Origin: Armatimonadota bacterium
Lineage (GTDB): Bacteria; Armatimonadota; SYMT01
Length of the DNA stretch: 64,000 nt
Direction: 5' to 3'
NCBI GenBank assembly: GCA_046292385.1
Contig: JBKBRF010000001.1
Span: 127,305-191,304 of the forward strand
In this document: positions 40,262-48,659 of the stretch, piece after piece
How positions within the stretch are numbered: the stretch's first letter is position 1
How the letters are laid out: each line of letters begins with the position of its first letter
Translations under genes and position numbers: made by a program
Notes under the pieces: model-generated
The model's input: the letters and a program-made list of their open reading frames with translations, nothing else
Database searches by the model: none
What the model was told of the DNA's origin: nothing

Positions 40262-41133
40262 TGCTCGTAACGGGTGCCACCGGCTTTACCGGTGAACAGG
40301 TGGTGCGGCAACTGGCGGAGCGTGGCGAGCGCCCTCTCTGTCTCACGCGCGCATCCAGCGACACACGCGTGGTCGATGAGTTGGGATTGGCTCGGCGCCA
40401 AGGTGACCTGGACGACCTGGAAAGCCTGGTGCGGGCATTCGAGGGCGTCCAGGTACTGGTGAATATTGCCTCACTTGGCTTTGGACACGCCTCCAACATC
40501 ATGGAAGCGTGCCGGCACGCTCGAGTCCGGCGGGCCATCTTCGTGAGCACCACTGCGATTTTCACCCGCCTCAACGCCGCCACCAAGGCAAGGCGGCTCG
40601 ACGCGGAGCAGAGAATCCAGTCGAGCGCGCTGGACTGGACGATCCTACGGCCGACGATGATCTACGGCAACGAGCGGGATCGGAACATGTGCCGCCTGGT
40701 GTGCTACGTGGCGCGCTGGCCGGTGATGTTCGTGGCCGGAGCGGGGAAGTATCTGCAGCAGCCGATCCACGTGGAAGATCTCGCGCGAGCGATTGTCAGC
40801 AGTATCGACCGTCCGGCAACCCACCGTAAGGCATACAATGTTTCGGGTCGGCAGCCGCTCACCTTCAATGAGGTGATCGACACGACCGCCGCTGCGGTGG
40901 GACGCCGTGTTCGGCGGATCCACGTTCCGCTGCGACCGGTGGTCTCCGCGTTGAGCGTCTACGAACGGCTCACGCCGAAACCGCTGCTGAAGGCTGAACA
41001 GGTGCTCCGCCTGGAAGAGGACAAGAGCTTTCCCCACGAGGAGGCGGTGCGAGATTTCGGGTTCACCTCCCGTACATTCGACGAAGGGATTCGACAGCAA
41101 GTGGCACGGATGCGCCAGAAGGGGCTTATCTAG
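40258..41133 (+). CDS. Atypical SDR / NAD-dependent epimerase-reductase (intact copy)
   Basis: VTGATGFTG, WTILRPTMIYG, QPIHVEDLA; no canonical YxxxK visible. Confidence 0.8.
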   Translation: MMLVTGATGFTGEQVVRQLAERGERPLCLTRASSDTRVVDELGLARRQGDLDDLESLVRAFEGVQVLVNIASLGFGHASNIMEACRHARVRRAIFVSTTAIFTRLNAATKARRLDAEQRIQSSALDWTILRPTMIYGNERDRNMCRLVCYVARWPVMFVAGAGKYLQQPIHVEDLARAIVSSIDRPATHRKAYNVSGRQPLTFNEVIDTTAAAVGRRVRRIHVPLRPVVSALSVYERLTPKPLLKAEQVLRLEEDKSFPHEEAVRDFGFTSRTFDEGIRQQVARMRQKGLI

Positions 41134-41158
41134 CCGCGCAACTGATCTGACCAACTCT

Positions 41159-41203
41159 ATGACCGGCCCGTTACCCCTGCTGTTCCTGGTCTTTCTGATC
41201 TCC
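41159..41203 (+). pseudogene. Possible 5' stub of a wbpL copy
   Basis: atgaccggcccgttacccctg (MTGPLPLLFLVFLIS) vs the intact wbpL start atgaccagccagatcctcctt (MTSQILLLAAALALS); same position just after the SDR stop. Confidence 0.45.
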
Positions 41204-41325
41204 GTTGCCGCCTGGTGCACCCCGGTCAGCTCTACGACCGACGGATGTGGACCCTTTTCATTGACGAGTTCAGGCTCCTCGAACCAGGCCACTACCTCGG
41301 TATTCGATCTGGTGACGACGCGCGC
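41197..41325 (+). pseudogene. Degenerate fragment of wecB
   Basis: DLRCRLVHPGQLYDRRMWTLFIDEFRLLEPGHYLGIRSG vs intact ELRCRLVHTGQHYDRRMSTLFFEELGLPEPDHYLGVGSG. Confidence 0.85.
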
Positions 41326-41505
41326 TTGCCAGGAAGCAGCGGTGCCGGCGAAGGTCGTGCGCGAATGTTCGAGATCCTAGTCGGCTCATCTGCGTGAGCT
41401 TGTGCTCGGGGCCTCGGTGGTTCTAACTCACGACTTGACGAGGCGGATCAGCCTAAACCTTTCGGAGCACTAACTGTTCGGCCTGTTTAGCCCTGCGGAA
41501 AGGAT

Positions 41506-42534
41506 TTGGAATTGAGAACTTGGCGAGAGCTGTCTTCAGATGACGCGGAGCGCTCTACACAGCAGCTACTGAAGAAAGGTGCATCGTTGTTTCAGATGCC
41601 TTACTGGAACGAACCGTTGCGCCGGCCGCTAGTAGAGCCGCGCTATTTAACCTACGGCAGTGATAAGGCGCCTACGGCATGGGCTGCGCTTCTTGCCATA
41701 GGCCCACCATGCGCTCGCCTTGGATTGCTCCAGCGAGGCCCCGTATCTTTGGTCGATGAGCCATTGAATCACATCGCCATTCGTGATCTTATACACTGGG
41801 CGGGATCGAAAGGGTTTTTTGCCGTCCGGATCTCAGGCGTCGACGCGGAAGAGCAGAGTCGGATCACTACGTCAGTAGAATGCGAGCACTCGGAACCATT
41901 TCCCTATTATAAGAGTGCAGATCACGATCTTGTCGTTTCTCTTGAATCCGACTGTACGGAGATCCTGTCCGGGTTTCAAAAGATTGCTCGCCAAGAGATT
42001 CGATACGCAGAGCGAGCTGGGTTTCGCATCCATATGACTGACAGCTCTGCAGACTTTTCGAGGCACTGGAGTCTTTTTTCCGATTTGGCGTCTCGTAAGG
42101 GGCTCTCTTTCCGATCTGTCACGAGCTACCTCAAGCTCATCGATCGGTGTAAGAAGTACGGCGCAGTTCGCATCTTCATAGCCGAAACACCCAGCGGAAC
42201 GCCGGTTCAGATGGTACTGACCATTCGTGACGCAACCACAGCGCACTACGTCTCTGGAGCGCTAGATGTTGATGCTCTGGGGAATCTACCTAGTCCTGCC
42301 ACATTGGTGCAATGGCGCGCGATGTGCGAATGGAAGTCGGTCGGGGTCACTCGATACAGTCTTGGCACACGATCAGGGCCAGTGTACGCCTTCAAACGAA
42401 AGTTCCGGCCAGACGAGCTATCCTACCCAAGTCCCGCAACGCTGGTAACTGGTCGAGCACGCTATGGAATCTGGAAGTTCGTTCTGTCGCAGATGAAACT
42501 AAGAAAGTCATCGCTTCGACGTTTGCTGAGGTAA
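41506..42534 (+). CDS. FemAB/FemX-like double-GNAT protein
   Basis: LFQMPYW, LQRGPV, FQKIARQEIRYAERAG, VQWRAM, YAFKRKF; lower GC. Confidence 0.7.
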   Translation: MELRTWRELSSDDAERSTQQLLKKGASLFQMPYWNEPLRRPLVEPRYLTYGSDKAPTAWAALLAIGPPCARLGLLQRGPVSLVDEPLNHIAIRDLIHWAGSKGFFAVRISGVDAEEQSRITTSVECEHSEPFPYYKSADHDLVVSLESDCTEILSGFQKIARQEIRYAERAGFRIHMTDSSADFSRHWSLFSDLASRKGLSFRSVTSYLKLIDRCKKYGAVRIFIAETPSGTPVQMVLTIRDATTAHYVSGALDVDALGNLPSPATLVQWRAMCEWKSVGVTRYSLGTRSGPVYAFKRKFRPDELSYPSPATLVTGRARYGIWKFVLSQMKLRKSSLRRLLR

Positions 42535-42545
42535 GGTGTGCTGCG

Positions 42546-43046
42546 ATGATTGGACGGTTCACTCGCGGTTTACGGCCGCGTTCTATCGATCTGTTGCTCT
42601 ACTCGGGGGAGAAGCGGCCACATCCGGTAGCGCCTCCGCAGGGTTTGCTTATCGCAAAGTACACTTTCGAGCTTCCAAGCGGTGATATGACTATCGATCG
42701 ACGCCTTAGCCCTAGAAGAACCTGTTACGTTGCCTCGTGTAATGGAAGTAGGGTGCACGAAAGTTGGATTAGATACGATGTTCAACTGCCACAGCAGTTT
42801 GGATATGGCTGTCTTCCAGTAATCGGCGATTGCGTAACACGTGCCGAATTCCGCGGGAAACGGATTTTCCCCACAGTCCTTCAGCATATTCTTAACGACA
42901 TGGACAGCCCCGAGGCTTACATCTTGGTGTCGCCTGATAATGTCTCGTCGGTTAGGGGCATCGAGCGTGCGGGCTTCCAGTTCGTGGAGCGACTTCGTGG
43001 TATTAGAGTAGGACCATTGCTTTGGAAGCGGCGCGCGAAGCTATAG
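42546..43046 (+). CDS. GNAT acetyltransferase
   Basis: IGDCVTRAEFRGKRIF, DNVSSVRGIERAGF; start re-called at ATG 42546. Confidence 0.75.
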   Translation: MIGRFTRGLRPRSIDLLLYSGEKRPHPVAPPQGLLIAKYTFELPSGDMTIDRRLSPRRTCYVASCNGSRVHESWIRYDVQLPQQFGYGCLPVIGDCVTRAEFRGKRIFPTVLQHILNDMDSPEAYILVSPDNVSSVRGIERAGFQFVERLRGIRVGPLLWKRRAKL

Positions 43047-43056
43047 AGGGGATCGG

Positions 43057-44895
43057 ATGATCGAATTGAGTCCGCCGCACCTTCGAACTGACGAAGGTGA
43101 ATACAATGTGGCTGCCCAAGCCTGGAAAGCCGTAGCTGATTCCGCATGGACATTCGACACTCCGTGTATTCAGTTTCACGCCACTCTCCGCGGTCCGGAG
43201 ATTCTATTACGAGCCAGTGTCACTGCCAGTGCTCGGCTCGAGTGGTGTGCGGTCGAGTTCTGTCTCCCCTGCCCTGCTCGGCCATATATGGTGGATCGGT
43301 ATTTACGAAGTACTTCCATAACAGCGAGATCCTACTTGCCAAGTGGATCACGCTTGTTGGTGCGATGGAATGATGGTGATGCGACTGCAGAACTTCGCTC
43401 GGTTGCTGGGTACGGGGCCTTCTGTGTCAGCTGGGGCAATGGAGTACTGCGCGTAGTGGTGCCGCTGGATGCAGCCGCCTTTCATCCGTCATGGAATCTG
43501 TTGGAAGGCACCGCTTCTACCGCGTCGCCAGTGCGAAGACCAGGTGAGGAATTCCGAGCGATACTGCACCTTAAGAGAGGGGTGCCGGCGATGGCAATCC
43601 CCGGCCGATTTCCTGAAGGACGCGACGCAGCGATCGTGATTACTGACCACTGCGATTTTGACACTGTGGAAAGTACTAGAAAGTTCCTTGATGAGTGGCT
43701 AGACCGCGGTCTTCGCATCACGAAAGGTGCTTTTGCTCGACTGCAACCTCCCACCGGACGGGCCGCTGCCGCGACCTTGCAAAACGTAGAGTACAGCCAG
43801 ATATTGCGGAAGCTTCATGAGGACGGTAGTGAAATCGCACCTCATGGTCTAGCAGAAAGCGGCCAAATCGCTGAAGAAGACTATCTAATAACTCTCCAGG
43901 AATTCGTGAGCCAATGGAAGCCCGAGACCTGGATTGATCATGGACGCTCGCTGAATTATTGTCTAAGCATGGGTGGGGATAGTGAGCCGTACAGGCTTTC
44001 GGACACGCTGCGACGGAATGGATTCATCGCGCTGTGGTCCTATCACGACATACCATTTCTTCCGATTAGCTCACTGAATATGCTCTCGCCAGATCGCGCG
44101 CGGTTTTTACCGACAACCCGCTTGGTTCTTCGGGAGTTCGTCCGCGGTCGTCCCTTGATAGCGGCTCATCACGTTCGAACCGCCATGCGTGCCGCAGACG
44201 ATGTGTTTGCTTATAAGTTCCTCGCCTGGCTGATGTCATTGGTCCGCCAGATAGTCTTCAATGGGAGGTCTAGCCGCAAGTCTCTGAAGGGAATTATAGA
44301 ATTGATGCAGCGCAGGACGCATGCCGGTGAGCAGCGCTCACCGCACACGCGATTTGAACTGCAGCAGTATGCACCCACCGTCTATTCAAAGTCTTGTCAC
44401 CCTCTCCCCGCAGGGGACCTCCTGCTGTTTGCTACACAGGAAGTAAATCATCTGGCGGATGTTTACACGCCTAGTGCTGTCCAGCGGTTGGTCAGTGAGC
44501 GGGGTCTGCACATTGGCCATTGCTATCTCACCTGTCCATTGCCCTATATTAATGGCCTCTGGCAGTCACCTGGCAGCATCTCCTCAGAGTGGCGCAGATT
44601 CCTGGACGCACTGCAGCGCGAGGTGAGTTCGGGACGTCTATGGAACCCTACTCTAGGTGAACTAGCTCGCTGGACAGAAGCAGCGTCTGCTGTGGAGGTC
44701 ATCGCGGACAGTAATGCGATTACATTGCGGAACACGTCGGGGTCGAGGGTAAAGGGATTTACGATTCTTGTTGAGTCCGGCAGAGAGATTCAAGGGGACT
44801 GGGTAACAGGGATGCGGGATTGGGAGGATTGGACTGCCGTGTGGGGAGATATCCCTCCAAAGGCAACGGTGTCGCTGCGACTGGTCGAAGCATGA
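43057..44895 (+). CDS. Hypothetical protein with a deacetylase-like (NodB-fold) domain
   Basis: ITDHCDFD, GSEIAPHG, WIDHG, GHCYL, LWNPTLGEL motifs; N-terminal beta-rich region. Confidence 0.5.
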   Translation: MIELSPPHLRTDEGEYNVAAQAWKAVADSAWTFDTPCIQFHATLRGPEILLRASVTASARLEWCAVEFCLPCPARPYMVDRYLRSTSITARSYLPSGSRLLVRWNDGDATAELRSVAGYGAFCVSWGNGVLRVVVPLDAAAFHPSWNLLEGTASTASPVRRPGEEFRAILHLKRGVPAMAIPGRFPEGRDAAIVITDHCDFDTVESTRKFLDEWLDRGLRITKGAFARLQPPTGRAAAATLQNVEYSQILRKLHEDGSEIAPHGLAESGQIAEEDYLITLQEFVSQWKPETWIDHGRSLNYCLSMGGDSEPYRLSDTLRRNGFIALWSYHDIPFLPISSLNMLSPDRARFLPTTRLVLREFVRGRPLIAAHHVRTAMRAADDVFAYKFLAWLMSLVRQIVFNGRSSRKSLKGIIELMQRRTHAGEQRSPHTRFELQQYAPTVYSKSCHPLPAGDLLLFATQEVNHLADVYTPSAVQRLVSERGLHIGHCYLTCPLPYINGLWQSPGSISSEWRRFLDALQREVSSGRLWNPTLGELARWTEAASAVEVIADSNAITLRNTSGSRVKGFTILVESGREIQGDWVTGMRDWEDWTAVWGDIPPKATVSLRLVEA

Positions 44896-44925
44896 GCTGC
44901 GATGGTTCTAGAGGCTGGTAAGCAG

Positions 44926-45165
44926 GGCTTTCCTGACCTGGAATTGAGAGCCGGCGAAGATCTTCATGGGTGACGTCGCCAGCGGTAGGCTGGGATATAC
45001 CTTTGCACTGGTGACTCTCTCCGCGGGGGCATCAGCCTGCTGCTCGGACTGGTGGTCTGGGCGAGCTGGAGCGGCCCTCCATGATGGCTACCATCCCTGC
45101 TAGTGACGGCCCTTCTGCTGCTGGGCGTCTGGGCTTGCTGTCAGTCGCTCGCGCCCAAAGCCTAG
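44926..45165 (+). pseudogene. Degenerate, internally deleted 3' remnant of wbpL
   Basis: FLTWN*EPAKIFMGDVASGRLGYTFAL joined to ISLLLGLVVW...LLLGVWACCQSLAPKA*; the intact copy reads FLFWNWQPARIFMGDVASGMLGYTFAV...LTLIWAWCQSLAPKTP*. Confidence 0.9.
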
Positions 45166-45219
45166 GCCCGAGGTAGGTTCGGCCGCTCTGGCGCCGCGCC
45201 GTTAACGGGAAACGCACCG

Positions 45220-46326
45220 ATGGATCTGATCTGCGTCGTGGGCGCTCGCCCTAACTTCATGAAGGTAGCGGCGATCCTCGCGGCTGCCGGCTCCCGTCCC
45301 GAGCTCCGGTGCCGCCTGGTGCATACGGGCCAACACTATGACCGCCGGATGTCGACGCTCTTCTTCGAAGAGCTTGGGCTGCCCGAGCCAGATCACTACC
45401 TAGGGGTGGGATCCGGTAACCACGCGCAGCAGACCGCAGAGGTGATGCTGCGTTTCGATGCGGTATTGGAACGACAGCCCGCTGACGCGGTGCTGGTGGT
45501 CGGGGACGTCAACTCGACCATCGCCTGCGCGCTAGTAGCCGTCAAGCGCGGAGTGCCGGTGATTCACGTGGAAGCGGGACTCCGCAGCGGCGACCGCACG
45601 ATGCCGGAAGAGGTAAATCGCGTCCTTACCGACCAGATCTCCGATCTGCTTTACACCACCGAGCGGGAAGCGGAGGTCAACCTGCGGGGCGAGGGAATAC
45701 CCGCAGAACGGGTGCGCTTTGTGGGAAACGTAATGATTGACACCCTCTTCACGCATCTGGAGACGGCGCGGAAGAGCGACATCACCCAGCAAATTGGGCT
45801 GACCCCGGGCGAATATGCACTCTGCACCTTGCACCGGCCCTCCAACGTTGATACCGAGTCCGGCACCCACAACCTGCTCCAGGCGATTGAAGTCCTGGCC
45901 AGGTGCCTGCCGGTGGCGCTACCCCTGCATCCGCGCACGCGCGCTAAGCTGCAGGAGTTTCAACTCTTGCGCCGCCTTTCCGAGAACCCGGCGGTTCGCC
46001 CCATGGAACCGCTTGGTTACTTGGAGTTCTTGGCGCTAATGGATCAGGCCCGCGTGGTGTTGACCGACTCTGGCGGTATCCAGGAAGAGACCACGGCGCT
46101 AGGTGTGCCCTGCCTGACCTTCCGAGAGAACACTGAGCGGCCAGTCACAATCAGCCACGGAACGAACCGGCTGGTAGGTTGCAGCGTCACAGAGCTTGAG
46201 CGAGCACTGGATGAAGTCCTCTCACAGCCCGCTCGCATCGACCGCAGGCCGGAACTGTGGGATGGTCAGGCCGCTCCCCGTATCGTCGTGGATCTGCTGG
46301 CTTGGTGGTCAGCCCGCACTTCGTGA
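45220..46326 (+). CDS. wecB: Non-hydrolysing UDP-GlcNAc-type 2-epimerase (WecB/WbpI family)
   Basis: GARPNFMK, HTGQHYD, HVEAGLRS, MPEEVNR, TDSGGIQEE, TERP. Confidence 0.92.
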   Translation: MDLICVVGARPNFMKVAAILAAAGSRPELRCRLVHTGQHYDRRMSTLFFEELGLPEPDHYLGVGSGNHAQQTAEVMLRFDAVLERQPADAVLVVGDVNSTIACALVAVKRGVPVIHVEAGLRSGDRTMPEEVNRVLTDQISDLLYTTEREAEVNLRGEGIPAERVRFVGNVMIDTLFTHLETARKSDITQQIGLTPGEYALCTLHRPSNVDTESGTHNLLQAIEVLARCLPVALPLHPRTRAKLQEFQLLRRLSENPAVRPMEPLGYLEFLALMDQARVVLTDSGGIQEETTALGVPCLTFRENTERPVTISHGTNRLVGCSVTELERALDEVLSQPARIDRRPELWDGQAAPRIVVDLLAWWSARTS

Positions 46327-46509
46327 AACGAATCAACACATCAGCTGTCCGCAGTAGGCGACCGGGCTGCCACAAGAGTTAGTCTCGAATTGTGTGGATG
46401 ACGTAGAAGCCCAAGCGGCGTATCCTCCCTTGAGTAGCGACCAACTACGACAAGAAGCAATGGCCCCCCGCGTTCCCGGAGCAAGCGAGCATAGAGTTTG
46501 TCCCAACCC

Positions 46510-47148
46510 TGGATGCTCGAGGCCTGCCGGTGCGCGGGGGTGCGGCGCGGGGTGTTCGTGAGCACGACTTCCCTCTTCACGCGCCTGAGCTCCAGGACCA
46601 AGCCGATCCGGGTGGCGGCGGAAGAAGCAATTCGGGCGAGCGGACTGGAGTGGACGATCCTGCGGCCGACGATGATCTATGGCACGGAGCGAGACCGGAA
46701 CATGTGCCGCCTGGTGCGGCACCTGGCCCGCTGGCCGGTGATGTTCGTGGCCGGGAGCGGATCCAGTCTCCAGCAGCCGGTCCACGTTGAAGACCTGGCG
46801 CGGTCGATCGTCGCCTCCGTGTTTCTCCGGGAGGCGATCGGCAGGGAGTACAATCTCTCCGGGAAGCGTCCCCTGACGTTTAACGAGGTCATCGACACCA
46901 CGGCCCGGGCTCTCGGGCGACGGGTGCCGAGACTGCACGTGCCGCTGCGTCCGGTTGCGCGGGTGCTGGCGCTGCAGGAGAAGCTCACCTCTCGCCCGTT
47001 TCTCCGGGCGGAGCAGGTGCTGCGACTGGAAGAAGACAAGGCGTTTCCGCACGAGGCGGCCGCCTCCGATCTCGACTTCGCTCCGCGTGACTTCGAAGAA
47101 GGGATCCGGGGCGAGGTGGAGCGGATGCGCTCTCTCAAGCTGGTTTGA
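46510..47148 (+). pseudogene. 5'-truncated second copy of the 40258 SDR
   Basis: Aligns without gaps to about residues 80-291 of 40258..41133 (WTILRPTMIYG.ERDRNMCRLV, AEQVLRLEEDK); lacks the GxxGxxG N-terminus. Confidence 0.85.
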
Positions 47149-47178
47149 GGCTCGGAACAGCTCGGCCGGACTCCGTTC

Positions 47179-48192
47179 ATGACCAGCCAGATCCTCCTTT
47201 TAGCGGCGGCGCTTGCCCTCTCCACGGTCGCCACCGGGCTCGTCCGGGTGCTGGCGCTCCGCTGGGGCGTGCTCGACATTCCGAACGCCCGCAGCTCCCA
47301 CACCCGGATCACCCCGCGGGGCGGTGGTCTGGCGATTGTTTTCGTCTATCTCGCCTCCGTGCTGGTGCTCGCGAGCTGGGGCACGATCCCCGGGAATTAC
47401 GCGCTCGCGCTGCTCGGCGGGCTTGCCATCGCGGTGGTCGGCTGGATTGACGACCGACGGGGGCTTTCGCCCGCCAAGCGGGCGGCGGTCCACGCATCCG
47501 CCGCGGCCTGGGCGGTCTTCTGGGCCGGCGGCCTCCCGGAGGCTCGGCTGGGCGCCCTGGTGTTGCCGCTGGGCGCGCTCGGGGCAGTGCTGGCGGTCGT
47601 GGGCATCGTCTGGACGATCAACCTCTACAACTTCATGGATGGGATCGACGGGCTGGCAGGGCTCCAGGCGGTGGTAGTGGCGGGAGCCGGGGGCCTGCTT
47701 CTTAGCGCCGCGGGGCTGGGCGGGCTGGCGATGAGCGCGTGGCTTCTCGGGGCAGCGAGCCTCGGCTTTCTTTTCTGGAATTGGCAGCCAGCCCGGATCT
47801 TCATGGGCGACGTCGCGAGCGGCATGCTCGGCTACACCTTCGCGGTCATTGCGCTCTTTAGCGAAAACGCCGGCGGCGTGCCTCTCGTCGGCTGGGCTAT
47901 CCTGCTGGGCGTGTTCATTACCGACGCCACCGCGACGCTGATCCGGCGCCTGCTGCAGAGGAAGAAGTGGTACGAGGCGCACCGGGAGCACGCGTTCCAG
48001 AGGGCAGTGCAGCACGGCTTTTCACACGCGAGGGTGACCCTCGCCGTAGCGGCGATCAACGGGCTCCTCGCCGCGGCCGTGTGGCAGGCTTTGCGGCAGC
48101 CGACCGCGCTGCTGCCGGCGCTGTGCGTCTCTGCGGTCGCGCTCACCCTGATCTGGGCGTGGTGCCAGTCGCTTGCGCCCAAGACACCCTGA
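47179..48192 (+). CDS. wbpL: Polyprenyl-phosphate HexNAc-1-phosphate transferase (WbpL/MraY-like)
   Basis: PNARSSHTRITPRGGG, GWIDD, NLYNFMDGIDG, IFMGD, AHREHAFQ; multi-TM. Confidence 0.9.
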   Translation: MTSQILLLAAALALSTVATGLVRVLALRWGVLDIPNARSSHTRITPRGGGLAIVFVYLASVLVLASWGTIPGNYALALLGGLAIAVVGWIDDRRGLSPAKRAAVHASAAAWAVFWAGGLPEARLGALVLPLGALGAVLAVVGIVWTINLYNFMDGIDGLAGLQAVVVAGAGGLLLSAAGLGGLAMSAWLLGAASLGFLFWNWQPARIFMGDVASGMLGYTFAVIALFSENAGGVPLVGWAILLGVFITDATATLIRRLLQRKKWYEAHREHAFQRAVQHGFSHARVTLAVAAINGLLAAAVWQALRQPTALLPALCVSAVALTLIWAWCQSLAPKTP

Positions 48193-48403
48193 GGGTGTGT
48201 CCGGCTATTCCTGATCCGTGGGAGAGCGAGCAAGGGAGAGTGGGGGAGTGGAGAGTCGCCCTCGTCAGCAGCTTCTCAAGCGCGCTCTCTGGCCGACTCT
48301 CTCCGGGCAAATCCACCCCTCCATCCCGGCCTGACGGCGTGGCGGTTGGGCGTGGAGTGGGTCCTCTACGGATGGAGGCAAGGTCTCATGTACGAAACTG
48401 GAC

Positions 48404-48474
48404 TTGCTATTCAGCGTCATTAGCCGTATGACATCTTTTGGGACGTGGATGTGGGCGGAAGTCCGTCCGCCCAC
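48404..48474 (+). promoter_or_regulatory. Possible promoter plus leader hairpin upstream of wbpM
   Basis: TTGCTA-17-TATGAC; stem gtgggcgga-agtccg-tccgcccac (48451-48474). Confidence 0.3.
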
Positions 48475-48659
48475 GGAGCCCCTGCCTGCTCGTGCTCCCT
48501 TACCAGCAGCTGACGAGTCACCAGTTTTTGCCCCGAGATCGGGATCGCTGTGCTGACCAGCGCCGGCGCCAACCGGGACAAGCGCACCGCTTGAGCTTGC
48601 CGCCATCGTTGCAGGGGATAGCCGCTCGCCGGGCTGGCGCTACAGCATTGAGAGACGTT

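Noticed and set aside
843..42635. GGTAG-containing ops/JUMPStart-like words (near 845, 881, 21500, 33070, 42625)
   Set aside because: None matches GGCGGTAGnnTG fully, several lie in coding sequence, and no RfaH gene is present.
46327..46509. Spacer read as a rhodanese relic (LKGGYAAW, minus strand), a WbuB C-terminal relic (VATNYDKK) or an IS scar
   Set aside because: Matches are too short to distinguish from chance; no inverted repeats or target duplication seen.
48303..48345. ggcaaa-containing segment as a c-di-GMP-I riboswitch
   Set aside because: Lacks the GNRA tetraloop/receptor and the second stem pattern.
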